From Bacteroidota bacterium (GTDB taxonomy: Bacteria > Bacteroidota > Bacteroidia > Chitinophagales > JACZTA01), in NCBI GenBank assembly GCA_022573915.1, contig JACZTA010000003.1, forward strand, positions 1 through 39,633: DNA of 39,633 nt, in the 5' to 3' direction. Under the pieces are notes generated by a model. The model did not search any database and was not told the DNA's origin. It saw only the letters and a list, made by a program, of their open reading frames with translations. Position 1 is the first letter of the stretch, and every line of letters begins with the position of its first letter. The position numbers and the translations under genes are program-made. Positions 1 through 10,177 of this stretch are shown one piece after another.

Positions 1-12
1 TTGTTCTGAGAC

Positions 13-1182
13 ATTAGTAAAGACACTAAATATGATTTAAGAGGAGTATCTGCTGATAAGACAGATGTACATAATGCTGTTAAAGGGCTTGATAAGGGCT
101 TGTTTCCCAATGCCTTTTGCAAGATATTGCCGGATATCGTAGCCGGAGATAGCAGTTATTGTAATATAATGCATGCCGATACTGCAGGAACAAAAACTTC
201 TCTGGCTTACATATATTGGAAAGAAACGGGTGACAATAGTGTTTGGAAAGGTATCATTCAGGATGCTATAGTGATGAATATTGATGATCTTTTATGTGTA
301 GGTGCAACAAATAATATTATTATCTCATCAACAATAGGCAGAAATAAAAACCTCATCCCCGGAGAGGTAATTGAACATTTGATAAAAGGTACTACTGACT
401 GTATTGATGAATTGAGAGAACTCAGGGTTGATATTTATTTATCCGGTGGCGAAACTGCTGATGTGGGTGATATAGTCAGGACATTGGATGTCGGGTTTAC
501 TGTTTTTGTCAGGATGAAGAGAGAAGATGTAATAGTAAATAATATTCGTGATGGAGATGTCATCGTAGGTTTGACGTCATTCGGTCAGGCATCTTATGAG
601 AAACAGTATAATGGTGGGATGGGAAGCAATGGATTAACATCAGCCAGGCATGATGTTTTTGCCAATTATCTGGCTGAAAATTATCCTGAGAGTTTTGACC
701 CTTGCATCTCTGATGAGCTGATATATTCGGGAAACAAAAAATTAACTGATATTGATGAGGAGACGGGCATACCTGTTGGAAAACTCCTGTTATCTCCAAC
801 GAGAACGTATGCACCTGTTATAAAGGGAGTAATGGAGAAATATCTTTCAAAAATTCACGGGATGATCCATTGCACGGGGGGAGCACAGACCAAAGTATTG
901 AATTTTGTAGAAGATTTACATATCATAAAAGATAATATGTTTGATGTACCACCGCTGTTTCAATTAATTCAAAAGGAATCGGGTACATCATGGCAGGAGA
1001 TGTACAAGGTGTTCAATATGGGACATAGGATGGAGATTTATGTTGCACCTGAAGATGCTCAACCGATAATAGATATTTCAATGGGATTTAATGTAGATGC
1101 CAAGATAATAGGCAGATGTGAGAAAGCCGATGTTAAAAAATTGACCATCAATACGGATAATGGTGAGTTCATTTATCATTAA
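13..1182 (+). CDS. purM: Phosphoribosylformylglycinamidine cyclo-ligase (AIR synthase), Bacteroidota type; the start probably lies upstream of the track's TTG at 100
   Basis: Motifs [52 protein letters not shown]. The in-frame upstream peptide [26 protein letters not shown] matches the family N-terminus back to ATT at 13, with an in-frame TGA at 7-9. Confidence 0.93.
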   Translation: MSKDTKYDLRGVSADKTDVHNAVKGLDKGLFPNAFCKILPDIVAGDSSYCNIMHADTAGTKTSLAYIYWKETGDNSVWKGIIQDAIVMNIDDLLCVGATNNIIISSTIGRNKNLIPGEVIEHLIKGTTDCIDELRELRVDIYLSGGETADVGDIVRTLDVGFTVFVRMKREDVIVNNIRDGDVIVGLTSFGQASYEKQYNGGMGSNGLTSARHDVFANYLAENYPESFDPCISDELIYSGNKKLTDIDEETGIPVGKLLLSPTRTYAPVIKGVMEKYLSKIHGMIHCTGGAQTKVLNFVEDLHIIKDNMFDVPPLFQLIQKESGTSWQEMYKVFNMGHRMEIYVAPEDAQPIIDISMGFNVDAKIIGRCEKADVKKLTINTDNGEFIYH

Positions 1183-1199
1183 TACTAAATAATAAATCT

Positions 1200-2270
1200 G
1201 TGTTAGAAAAATTAGAAGGCATAAAACAGCGCTGGTTAGCTATTGGACAGCAAATTATTGACCCGGAAGTGATTGCGGATATGAAGCGTTATATCAGGTT
1301 GAGCAAAGAATACAAGGAATTGCAGGTGATTGTAGATGCCTATAAAATCTATAAGGATGTTATTGAAAATATTGCCTCTGCAAAAGAAATTCTTACAACA
1401 GAGAAGGATGTTGAATTCAGGGATATGGCTAAGATGGAATTGGATGAACTAACCGGGAAGAAAGCACGATTAGAGGAAAAAATCAAAAATTTACTGATTC
1501 CTCAAGACCCGGAGGATGCGAAAAATGCAGTGGTGGAGATAAGAGCAGGAACTGGTGGTGACGAGGCGAGTATTTTTGCGGGAGACCTTTACAGGATGTA
1601 CTTAAAGTATTGTGACTCAAAAGGTTGGAAAACAGAATTGGTTGATGTTTCCGAAGGAACTGCCGGTGGTTTTAAAGAGGTCATTTTTAATGTAACCGGT
1701 GAAGATATATACGGACAAATGAAGTATGAATCAGGCGTGCATAGGGTGCAGAGAGTTCCTCAAACAGAGACACAGGGAAGGGTTCATACATCTGCGGCAT
1801 CTGTTGTGGTGTTTCCGGAGGCAGATGAATTTGATGTTGAAATTAATCCGGCAGATATAAAAAAAGACACTTACTGTTCTTCCGGTCCTGGGGGGCAATC
1901 TGTTAATACTACCTATTCTGCCATTCGGTTAACTCATATCCCTACCGGAATAGTTGCCCAATGCCAGGATCAAAAATCACAGCTCAAGAATTATGACAAG
2001 GCGCTTTCTGTATTGAGGTCAAGGATATATGAACTGGAATACAGGAAGAGGATGGAAGAACTTGCCAGCAAAAGAAAGACGATGGTTTCAACAGGTGATC
2101 GTTCTGCTAAGATCAGAACGTATAATTTTCCCCAGGGAAGGTTGACAGATCATCGTATCGGTTTGACGCTGTACAATTTACCGGAGATTATGGCAGGCGA
2201 TATTACAGAGATCATGGATGCTCTTGCAATAGCCGAAAATGCGGAAAGAATGAAAACATCCGGTAACTGA
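1200..2270 (+). CDS. prfA: Peptide chain release factor 1
   Basis: [25 protein letters not shown] (PxT, RF1-type), GGQ motif, [13 protein letters not shown] start, no internal frameshift. Confidence 0.97.
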   Translation: MLEKLEGIKQRWLAIGQQIIDPEVIADMKRYIRLSKEYKELQVIVDAYKIYKDVIENIASAKEILTTEKDVEFRDMAKMELDELTGKKARLEEKIKNLLIPQDPEDAKNAVVEIRAGTGGDEASIFAGDLYRMYLKYCDSKGWKTELVDVSEGTAGGFKEVIFNVTGEDIYGQMKYESGVHRVQRVPQTETQGRVHTSAASVVVFPEADEFDVEINPADIKKDTYCSSGPGGQSVNTTYSAIRLTHIPTGIVAQCQDQKSQLKNYDKALSVLRSRIYELEYRKRMEELASKRKTMVSTGDRSAKIRTYNFPQGRLTDHRIGLTLYNLPEIMAGDITEIMDALAIAENAERMKTSGN

Positions 2271-2369
2271 TGACGTTGACAATTAGGTTGTTTGGGTGAT
2301 CAACCCATGTTTCTATCCAAATCAAATCATATAAAAAAATCGTAATTTTAATGTTTATCACACACACAC

Positions 2370-5300
2370 ATGCAAGCTGATACCATATATAATCCAAAAA
2401 ATAACATCCGTATAATTACTGCAGGCTCTTTGTTTGACGGACATGACGCTGCAATTAACATCATGCGCCGAATCATACAGGCTTCCGGTGCTGAGGTGAT
2501 CCACCTGGGTCATAACAGATCTGTTAAGGAAGTAGTGGATGCAGCAATTCAAGAGGATGTGCAAGGGATTGCATTGACCTCCTACCAGGGAGGGCATATG
2601 GAATATTTCAAGTATATGTTTGATATGCTCAAGAAAAGGAAAATGGGCCACATCAAAATATTTGGAGGTGGCGGTGGAACAATTCTTCCTGAAGAGATCG
2701 CGGAACTGGAAGCCTATGGAATCTACAAGATCTTCTCTCCTGACGATGGAAGGAAAGTTGGCCTTCAGGGAATGATCAACGAATTAATGGAGGCTTGCGA
2801 TTATTCCTTGAAATCTCAGTTTAATGGAGAACTGAAGAAAATTTCTGATCGGAATCCCAACATCATTGCAAAAGCAATAACCCTGGTTGAATCCTATCCA
2901 AGGGATTCTAAAAAGCTTATTTCCGAACTGAAAAAAGCTTCTCTAACACAGTCAAATCCGGTTCCGGTATTGGGTGTAACCGGTACGGGTGGTGCGGGTA
3001 AATCATCTGTGGTTGACGAACTGGTAAGAAGATATTTGAATGAATTCAAGAATAACACCGTGGCCATTATTTGTGTAGATCCATCCAAAAGAAAAACAGG
3101 AGGGGCGCTGCTGGGCGACAGGATCAGGATGAATGCTATCAATACCGATAGGGTTTATATGCGTTCATTAGCTACACGGCAGACCAATTTTGCATTGTCT
3201 AAAGCCATAGACGAAGCAACCAATATATGCAAGGCAGCCGGATTCGATTGGATCATTGTTGAAAGTTCCGGTATTGGACAAGCTGATACGGAGATAACCA
3301 ATTATTGTGACGTTTCTCTTTACGTGATGACTCCGGAATATGGAGCCGCCACGCAACTGGAAAAGATCAATATGCTTGATTATGCAGATGTGATCGCGAT
3401 CAACAAGTTTGACAAACCCGGGGCAGAGGATGCGTTAAAGGATGTGCGTAAACAATATAAAAGGAATCATAACCTGTTTAAGGCAAAGGATCAGGATTTA
3501 CCGGTTTATCAGACCATAGCTTCTCAGTTCAACGATGGAGGAGTGAATAATTTATACAAGAACTTACTGGATATCATTGCCACCAAAACCGGCCGGGATT
3601 TTAGGTCGAACCAAAAGTTCAAGAATAATACAACTAATAAAGCGTACATCATTCCGCCATCCCGCGTAAGGTATCTGGCTGAAATTGCCGAGACGATCTA
3701 CGATTATGATAAGTGGGTGGATGAACAATCTGAGATTGCACAGCAGCTCTACCAGCTTAAGGGTGCTATAGCATTAACAAAGCAGGCAAAAGATAAGAAG
3801 CCCCTGCAAGCATTGTATAAATCGCATGAAAATAAATTGGATCCCGAGTGCAAAAAAGTCCTGGATGGTTGGCCGAACAAACTGAAGAAGTTTGAAAAGG
3901 AAAACCTAGAGTTTCAGGTGCGTGGCAAAACGATTAAAATACCACTTACGGTAGAAACTTTGTCTCATACCAGGATAAGGAAGATCGTCCTGCCAAAGTA
4001 TAAAGCTTGGGGAGATATCCTCAGATGGGTGCTTACCGAAAATATTCCGGGGGAATATCCCTTTGCAGCCGGAGTTTACCCGTTGAAGCGTGAAAGTGAA
4101 GATCCTACGAGGATGTTTGCCGGTGAAGGTTCTCCTGAAAGGACTAATAAGCGTTTTCATTATGTTTCCATTGATCAACCTGCTAAAAGATTGTCGACAG
4201 CCTTTGATTCGGTGACTCTGTATGGAGAAGATCCTGATAAGCGACCTGATATTTATGGTAAGATCGGTAATGCAGGAGTTAGTATTGCCACCCTGGATGA
4301 TGCGAAAAAACTCTATTCCGGGTTTGATTTGATCGATCCAAAGACATCGGTATCCATGACCATCAATGGGCCGGCTCCTATCATCCTCGCATTTTTTATG
4401 AATGCTGCAATCGATCAGCAATGTGAGAAATATATTCATGATAAAAAATTGACCAGATCGGTGCAGGCTAAGATCAAGAAAATATTCAAGCAAAAAGGCG
4501 TCAGTCAGCCCACTTATAAAGGAAACCTTCCGGTTGGAAATAATGGCCGTGGTACAATGCTTTTGGGTATTACAGGCGACCAGGTGTTACCGAAATCTGT
4601 TTATGAAAAAATCAAAAGAGATACACTTTCGAAAGTACGGGGAACCGTTCAGGCGGACATCCTTAAAGAGGATCAGGCTCAAAACACGTGCATCTTTTCA
4701 ACCGAATTTGCCTTGAAGATGATGGGTGACGTCCAGGAGTATTTTATTGAGAAGAATATCCGAAACTTTTATTCCGTTTCAATATCCGGTTATCATATAG
4801 CCGAAGCCGGTTCCAATCCAATAACACAGCTGGCCTTTACTTTGGCAAATGGCTTCACCTATGTTGAATATTATTTATCCCGCGGAATGAACATCAATGA
4901 TTTTGCACCTAACCTTTCCTTCTTCTTTTCGAACGGAATGGATCCGGAATATGCTGTAATTGGGAGAGTGGCGAGGAAGATCTGGGCGAAAGCGATGCGA
5001 ATTAAATACGGTGCGAATGAACGTTCACAGATGTTAAAATATCATATTCAAACCTCCGGCAGGTCGCTCCATGCGCAGGAAATAAATTTCAATGATATCC
5101 GAACCACTCTGCAAGCTTTGTACGCCATTTATGATAATTGTAATTCCTTGCACACAAATGCATACGATGAAGCGATAACTACACCAACAGAAGAATCGGT
5201 AAGAAGGGCAATTGCGATCCAGTTAATTATAAATAAGGAACTGGGGCTGGCTAAAAATCAAAACCCCTTACAAGGTTCATTCATTATAGAGGAGCTGACT

Positions 5301-5738
5301 GACCTGGTAGAAGAAGCTGTCTTATCAGAATTTAACAGCATTTCGGAAAGGGGTGGTGTATTGGGAGCGATGGAATGGATGTACCAGAGAAGTAAGATAC
5401 AGGAAGAATCGTTATATTATGAATCGCAAAAGGTAAGTGGTGATCTACCCCTCGTAGGTGTGAATACTTTTTTTGGTAAGGATGGTTCACCGATCATCAG
5501 GCCAAAGCAGATCATCCGCTCGACTGAAGAAGAAAAACGACACCAGATTTTCACACTGAATAATGTCCATAAGATCAACAAGGATACATCAAAGGATAGC
5601 CTGGAAGCACTTAAGAAAACAGCTTTGAATAACGAAAATATATTTGCTTCGCTTCTTGAAGTTTCAAAGAATTGTTCATTGGGTGAGATGGCCAATGCCC
5701 TTTATGCTGTGGGTGGGCAATACAGAAGGAATATGTAG
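2370..5738 (+). CDS. icmF: Fused isobutyryl-CoA mutase (B12-binding domain + MeaB-type GTPase + mutase barrel)
   Basis: N-terminal [14 protein letters not shown]12 domain, P-loop [19 protein letters not shown], mutase motifs [48 protein letters not shown]; 1122 aa. Confidence 0.92.
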   Translation: MQADTIYNPKNNIRIITAGSLFDGHDAAINIMRRIIQASGAEVIHLGHNRSVKEVVDAAIQEDVQGIALTSYQGGHMEYFKYMFDMLKKRKMGHIKIFGGGGGTILPEEIAELEAYGIYKIFSPDDGRKVGLQGMINELMEACDYSLKSQFNGELKKISDRNPNIIAKAITLVESYPRDSKKLISELKKASLTQSNPVPVLGVTGTGGAGKSSVVDELVRRYLNEFKNNTVAIICVDPSKRKTGGALLGDRIRMNAINTDRVYMRSLATRQTNFALSKAIDEATNICKAAGFDWIIVESSGIGQADTEITNYCDVSLYVMTPEYGAATQLEKINMLDYADVIAINKFDKPGAEDALKDVRKQYKRNHNLFKAKDQDLPVYQTIASQFNDGGVNNLYKNLLDIIATKTGRDFRSNQKFKNNTTNKAYIIPPSRVRYLAEIAETIYDYDKWVDEQSEIAQQLYQLKGAIALTKQAKDKKPLQALYKSHENKLDPECKKVLDGWPNKLKKFEKENLEFQVRGKTIKIPLTVETLSHTRIRKIVLPKYKAWGDILRWVLTENIPGEYPFAAGVYPLKRESEDPTRMFAGEGSPERTNKRFHYVSIDQPAKRLSTAFDSVTLYGEDPDKRPDIYGKIGNAGVSIATLDDAKKLYSGFDLIDPKTSVSMTINGPAPIILAFFMNAAIDQQCEKYIHDKKLTRSVQAKIKKIFKQKGVSQPTYKGNLPVGNNGRGTMLLGITGDQVLPKSVYEKIKRDTLSKVRGTVQADILKEDQAQNTCIFSTEFALKMMGDVQEYFIEKNIRNFYSVSISGYHIAEAGSNPITQLAFTLANGFTYVEYYLSRGMNINDFAPNLSFFFSNGMDPEYAVIGRVARKIWAKAMRIKYGANERSQMLKYHIQTSGRSLHAQEINFNDIRTTLQALYAIYDNCNSLHTNAYDEAITTPTEESVRRAIAIQLIINKELGLAKNQNPLQGSFIIEELTDLVEEAVLSEFNSISERGGVLGAMEWMYQRSKIQEESLYYESQKVSGDLPLVGVNTFFGKDGSPIIRPKQIIRSTEEEKRHQIFTLNNVHKINKDTSKDSLEALKKTALNNENIFASLLEVSKNCSLGEMANALYAVGGQYRRNM

Positions 5739-5941
5739 TAAATAATGATATCGCTTGTTAATTGAATTCTCGCATTTTAATGAATATGAGAAGTTCTAAT
5801 AAGAATTCAATTATATGCCTTGATTTTTTGTAAATGATAATTAAACATTATACATTTACAATACCTCATGAAATCATTTATTAATTCTGCTCAACCTATG
5901 CACTGCATACTGCATTGCATAAAAATCTAAATTACAACGTT

Positions 5942-6211
5942 ATGAATAAAGGACAACTTATTGATCGGATTGCGAAAGACGCAAACATCACAAAAACTCA
6001 AGCCCAAAAAGCTATCGAATCATTTACCTCCCACACTATGTCAGCAGTTTCAAGTGGCGACAAGGTTACACTTGTTGGATTTGGTTCATGGTCTCCTGCA
6101 AAAAGAGCAGCTCGCACAGGTAGAAATCCTCAAACAGGTGAAGCGATTAAAATTCCCGCAAGAACGGTGGCTAAATTTAAGCCGGGTAAGGACTTTAGTT
6201 CAAAGATGTAA
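5942..6211 (+). CDS. hup: HU-family DNA-binding protein (89 aa from ATG 5942)
   Basis: MNK.QLID.IA N-terminus, VTLVGFGSW, RAARTGRNPQTGEAIKIPA, KFKPGK. Confidence 0.95.
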   Translation: MNKGQLIDRIAKDANITKTQAQKAIESFTSHTMSAVSSGDKVTLVGFGSWSPAKRAARTGRNPQTGEAIKIPARTVAKFKPGKDFSSKM

Positions 6212-6231
6212 ATGTTAGATACTATAAAAAT

Positions 6232-6262
6232 AAAAAACCCCATCAATTGATAGGGTTTTTTT
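6232..6262. terminator. Bidirectional intrinsic terminator between convergent HU and peptidase genes
   Basis: AAAAAACCCCATCAATTGATAGGGTTTTTTT: hairpin flanked by A and T tracts. Confidence 0.85.
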
Positions 6263-6283
6263 ATGTCCAAAATGCCAGTAATA

Positions 6284-8350
6284 TTAATTGTAATCCGGAA
6301 GAAACGAATGATGCTTTGCATAATGCAGCATCTGCTCTGTAAAATCTTTAGGATACTCGATCTTTACATCAATAATATTCTCTCCATCCATCACCGGAAC
6401 CATTTGAGGATTGATAAACCCTGAATAAGGTGCAATTCCGAGTTTTTCATACCTCTCGAGCATCTCTTTATGGATCAGTTTGTCAACCTTAACTCCATAG
6501 GTTTCGACGAGATTTTTACCGGCCTCGTAATCGCCTTCCGACTTGATCCTTTGAATCTCGCCAAGAAGTTCGCCAAATAGCTCACGAAGTTTCATATAAT
6601 CATTGATAATAAAATATGTCTTGTTATTTTTTACTTTCCTCTCAATAACATTATCTGCTTTTCCTTTTGCGTATGCCCACTGAGCGATCATCTGCCTGTT
6701 TCTCATATGTGACTCTTCAACATTATCACCCAATTCGATACGTTTCAATTGCCACATCATCCCGTTACTAATGTAGTTATCATACTCTGTCTTGGCTACA
6801 TCCATGGTATTCATCAACCCGAGATCAATTAGCTTCTGATCCATTATGAAATAAAGTCCAAACAGATCTGCTCTTCCTTCTTCCAAAGTCGATGCGTAAT
6901 TCTTCAATGTTTCTTTAGGTGTTCCAACCCCATCTTTTATTTGCCCGGATGCATGTCCAATCACCTCGTGAAGATCAACCAACAATGTATGGGCGAGCGA
7001 ACCATATTCCTTGTATCTTTCTTTCTCTTCCTTACTGTAACCAAATTCGTCCATGTATCCGCCACCCGCTGAGACAGCTCCGTAGGCATGGATAATATTA
7101 CTCAGTGAAACAGATTTGGAACCATGTGCTTTCCTGATCCACCCTGCATTGGGTAGATTAATACCGATGGGCGTGGATGGCGAGGCATCGCCTGATTCCA
7201 TGATAACTATAACCACATTTGCCGATATACCTTTTACCTCGGTTTTTTTATACGCGTCAGGAATTGGAGCGTGGTCTTCAAACCATTGTGCGTTATCGCT
7301 GAAAGTGCTCATTCTTTTTGATGCTTCATGATCTTTAAGCATCAACACAGATTCGTATGCACCTCTATACCCCAGTGCATCACCATATACTTCAATAAAT
7401 CCGTTGATAAGATCTATGTCCGAATCTAATTGTTTTACCCATGCTACATTATAATCATCAAAATCTTTCAGATCTCCGGATTTGTAATATTTGATAAGTT
7501 TCAAAAAGACATCCTTTTGTTGATCATCTTCCGCAACCTCAGCAGCCAGGGCCAACCAAATGATTATTTGCTTGATCGCATCTGAATACATACCGTCCAC
7601 CTTCCAAACCTTTTCGCGTACCACATTATTTTCCTTAATCAGCTTAGAGTTTAACCCGTATGAGATAGGGGTTGGAGTATCGTCTTCACTATGAGATTTA
7701 TAAAAGGTTTCTACCTCTTTCAGAGTTACATTTTCGTAATAATTATTGGCCGAGCTTGCTATGATATCCACGTCGGGATCCAGATTTACTCTCTTCATGT
7801 CGACTTTTTCGCTAAATATATATGGTATCAACGTTCCGGTTAAATTGCTCAAAGTTTGACCCTCCTTTAACGGAAACGTACCATTAGACGATCCCTGTAT
7901 GAGTGAAACAAAGTATTCGGGTTCAAAATCCGGCAATATCTTTTTAGTAGAGTAATGGTGATGTATTCCATTTGAGAACCAGACTCGCTTAGTATACACC
8001 ATAAACTGTTCAAATTCAGGAGAATTTCTCTCTCCTTCATAGTGTTTAACTATTTCTTCGAGTGTTCTTCTAATAGTTAGATTATGCTTATAATTTTGAT
8101 CGTAAATGATATCGCGGCCTGCCAGGGAAGCTTGATACAAATAATACAATAACTGCTTTTGTTTCAAGGGTAATTCTTCAAATCCCGGCACTTGGTATTG
8201 TAAAATTCGAAGGTCTGCAAACTGCTCAACTTCAAATCGAAATTCTACATCGCCTTTCTTTTCAGTATCGACAGATTCTTTTTCTCCGCCCGTGAATGCC
8301 ATCAGAATAATCAACATCAAGGCTATGCTAAATGCTTTTAAGTATTTCAT
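6284..8350 (-). CDS. Dipeptidyl peptidase III (M49 zinc peptidase), exported; start probably ATG 8350
   Basis: Hexapeptide zinc motif HEVIGH plus EEGRAD, NGIHHHYS, GFIEVYGD, PIGINLPN. A signal peptide follows MKYLK. A -7 box at 8386-8393 lies downstream of the track's 8398 start, favouring 8350. Confidence 0.9.
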   Translation of the reverse strand: MKYLKAFSIALMLIILMAFTGGEKESVDTEKKGDVEFRFEVEQFADLRILQYQVPGFEELPLKQKQLLYYLYQASLAGRDIIYDQNYKHNLTIRRTLEEIVKHYEGERNSPEFEQFMVYTKRVWFSNGIHHHYSTKKILPDFEPEYFVSLIQGSSNGTFPLKEGQTLSNLTGTLIPYIFSEKVDMKRVNLDPDVDIIASSANNYYENVTLKEVETFYKSHSEDDTPTPISYGLNSKLIKENNVVREKVWKVDGMYSDAIKQIIIWLALAAEVAEDDQQKDVFLKLIKYYKSGDLKDFDDYNVAWVKQLDSDIDLINGFIEVYGDALGYRGAYESVLMLKDHEASKRMSTFSDNAQWFEDHAPIPDAYKKTEVKGISANVVIVIMESGDASPSTPIGINLPNAGWIRKAHGSKSVSLSNIIHAYGAVSAGGGYMDEFGYSKEEKERYKEYGSLAHTLLVDLHEVIGHASGQIKDGVGTPKETLKNYASTLEEGRADLFGLYFIMDQKLIDLGLMNTMDVAKTEYDNYISNGMMWQLKRIELGDNVEESHMRNRQMIAQWAYAKGKADNVIERKVKNNKTYFIINDYMKLRELFGELLGEIQRIKSEGDYEAGKNLVETYGVKVDKLIHKEMLERYEKLGIAPYSGFINPQMVPVMDGENIIDVKIEYPKDFTEQMLHYAKHHSFLPDYN

Positions 8351-8385
8351 TATATCAGAGGTTTTAATTGAAATTTTAGGGATTG

Positions 8386-8393
8386 CAAATTTA
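8386..8393 (-). promoter_or_regulatory. Bacteroidota sigma-A -7 element for the DPP III gene
   Basis: TAAATTTG on the minus strand matches TAnnTTTG, 35 nt upstream of ATG 8350. Confidence 0.55.
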
Positions 8394-8429
8394 ATCAATT
8401 AAATATTTTGAAAAGTATATTGATTCAGA

Positions 8430-9056
8430 TTAATCCTTTTCCCACTTACGACGCGTAGTTCCTCCATGGCGGATCACATCCCAGTGATTTTCTCTTGCAA
8501 GCTTGAGCAATCTTTTCCTTAGTAGTTTCGGATAAAAAATTTTCCAGTAGGTTCTTTGATATGGGTATCTCTTCAGTATGTTTATTTGACTAAGTATGTC
8601 ATATGCTGCTGAACCACAACGCATTCCGATAAATGCGTAGTCGTAAGGCGAATTACTCAGGTAGGATTTCGATATTCTGCTTAGTTGAGTTTTCTGTGCT
8701 TTTGAAACCGGTATTATAATAGTGGCTTTTTTCATTTGAGAAGATTCTCCTCCAAATATCTCCCAAAATGACTTTTCACGATGAATTACGAATTTGCCGT
8801 GGATGTGTTTGCTGCTGGATATTACATGAAATTTACCGGAGGGTATAAAATCAATAATAGTATTGGAATCTATTTCAATTCCAACGTGGCCACCGTGTAT
8901 TCCTCCAAACCATTTTGGTTCTTCATTTTTAAATTCCTTTCTATGCTTGGATCCGTACAAAAAATGAACTTTAACATAGGTGCTGTCTTGAGGGTAAAGA
9001 GTCTTGACCAGACAAATCAAAACGAGTGTCAGAGTGAGGTTTTTCAAATTCATCAT
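8430..9056 (-). CDS. Secreted hypothetical protein, possibly a permuted papain-like (NlpC/P60-type) hydrolase
   Basis: Signal peptide; GHVGI (His) precedes PYDYAFIGMRCGSAAYDIL (Cys at a helix start). Confidence 0.65.
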   Translation of the reverse strand: MMNLKNLTLTLVLICLVKTLYPQDSTYVKVHFLYGSKHRKEFKNEEPKWFGGIHGGHVGIEIDSNTIIDFIPSGKFHVISSSKHIHGKFVIHREKSFWEIFGGESSQMKKATIIIPVSKAQKTQLSRISKSYLSNSPYDYAFIGMRCGSAAYDILSQINILKRYPYQRTYWKIFYPKLLRKRLLKLARENHWDVIRHGGTTRRKWEKD

Positions 9057-9231
9057 AAGAATGCTGGATGTGAGTCAGGAACTTCAAATATCATGCCTTG
9101 TGAATTTGGAAGCTCGCGCTTGCAACGGTTACTAGTTTATGATTGATTGACCTTAATAAAATGCCGAAATTAATAGGGTGGCAGGGGGGCGGGTCCTCTT
9201 TATGGTATCGCCAAAATCCACAATCAAATCA

Positions 9232-9250
9232 CTTGTCCGCCTTTGGCGGA
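9232..9250. repeat. Short REP-like palindrome
   Basis: CTTG-TCCGCC-TTT-GGCGGA, a GC-rich hairpin in an AT-rich intergenic region. Confidence 0.5.
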
Positions 9251-9297
9251 AAACTCAAATATCATACCTCATATTTCTTCTATCGAGGAGTTTGTTT

Positions 9298-10047
9298 TCA
9301 ATCAACGAACGGCCCATTAAGAATCATCTCCTGACCATGAGGCCTACCGGATATGAATAAGAATCGACACATTGGATTACTGGTGATGGTAAATTTTTCT
9401 TGATCGCTAAAAAATAGTGCTTCACCCTTTTCCACGCTATGATACGGTACACTTATTGCACCATCAAAAACATATATAAATCCTTTATGGTCCTTTGGCA
9501 AAGTTATCTCATATGGTGCGCCGTTTTCACTCGTAACGTCTTTATAAATGACTTCGGTTTGCAAGATCAATGAAGAACCTTCGCCCGCAATAACTATTTC
9601 CCTGATGCCATCGCCGCCATTAACCGGAAAATCACCCTTGTCAACCTGCTGATAAGAAGGATTCATTCCTTTTTTTGATTTTTCCAGGTTTATCCAAAGT
9701 TGAAAACCATGGTTCACCCCTTCTTCAGCAGGAAGTTCCGAATGTTCCAATCCTGATCCCGCAGTGAATCTTTGGACACCCCCGGCGTAAACAGAGCTAT
9801 CATTTCCGAGGTTGTCTTTGTGATTGAATCCGCCCTCGAGCATATAAGTCAAACCTTCAAAACCCCGGTGAGGATGGGTTGGGAAACCTGCCGGTGGCGT
9901 GACAAAGAATTCATCCAACAAGACAAATGGATCATATGTGTTCATTAACTGGGTTGGAAAAAGTCGTTTTACATTGGCTCCTGCCCCTTCCATCATTGCA
10001 TGGGCTTTCACCTTGAGCATATTCTTTTCGCTTGTTTGATTGCCCAT
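9298..10047 (-). CDS. Pirin family bicupin protein
   Basis: DPFVLLDEF, GFPTHPHRGFE, HKDNLGN, TAGSGLEHSE, GFQLWINL, GPFV. Confidence 0.93.
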   Translation of the reverse strand: MGNQTSEKNMLKVKAHAMMEGAGANVKRLFPTQLMNTYDPFVLLDEFFVTPPAGFPTHPHRGFEGLTYMLEGGFNHKDNLGNDSSVYAGGVQRFTAGSGLEHSELPAEEGVNHGFQLWINLEKSKKGMNPSYQQVDKGDFPVNGGDGIREIVIAGEGSSLILQTEVIYKDVTSENGAPYEITLPKDHKGFIYVFDGAISVPYHSVEKGEALFFSDQEKFTITSNPMCRFLFISGRPHGQEMILNGPFVD

Positions 10048-10066
10048 AGCTTCTTACAAAGTCTGT

Positions 10067-10145
10067 TGCCAGGTTTTAAACCTGACACATAGTGAAAATA
10101 GTTCCGGCCGCTGGATTCAAACCTGACACCGAACGAAAAATAGTT
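10067..10145. repeat. Imperfect palindrome with a partial tandem copy between divergent genes
   Basis: TGCCAGGTTT-T-AAACCTGACA (9/10 pairing). AAACCTGACAC occurs at 10078 and 10119, each followed by AAAATAGTT. Confidence 0.55.
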
Positions 10146-10152
10146 ATTTTTG
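10145..10152 (+). promoter_or_regulatory. -7 promoter element
   Basis: TATTTTTG matches TAnnTTTG, about 25 nt upstream of ATG 10178. Confidence 0.5.
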
Positions 10153-10177
10153 GTCACTTAGACTTCGAACATTGACT

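Noticed and set aside
2271-2369. Cobalamin riboswitch upstream of icmF
   Set aside because: Only 99 bp, AT-rich, and no B12-box or conserved core is visible.
3906-4493. 195-aa antisense ORF, and similar shadow ORFs such as 24524-25057, 11762-12199, 14075-14515, 8781-9146
   Set aside because: They overlap well-supported genes on the other strand or frame and have no recognisable motifs.
2370-5738. Methylmalonyl-CoA or pivalyl-CoA mutase specificity
   Set aside because: The fusion architecture and Phe in RMFAGEG fit ordinary IcmF.
9143-9360. Two ~60-aa plus-strand ORFs in the pirin intergenic region
   Set aside because: They run through low-complexity and hairpin sequence and overlap the pirin 3' end, with no coding evidence.
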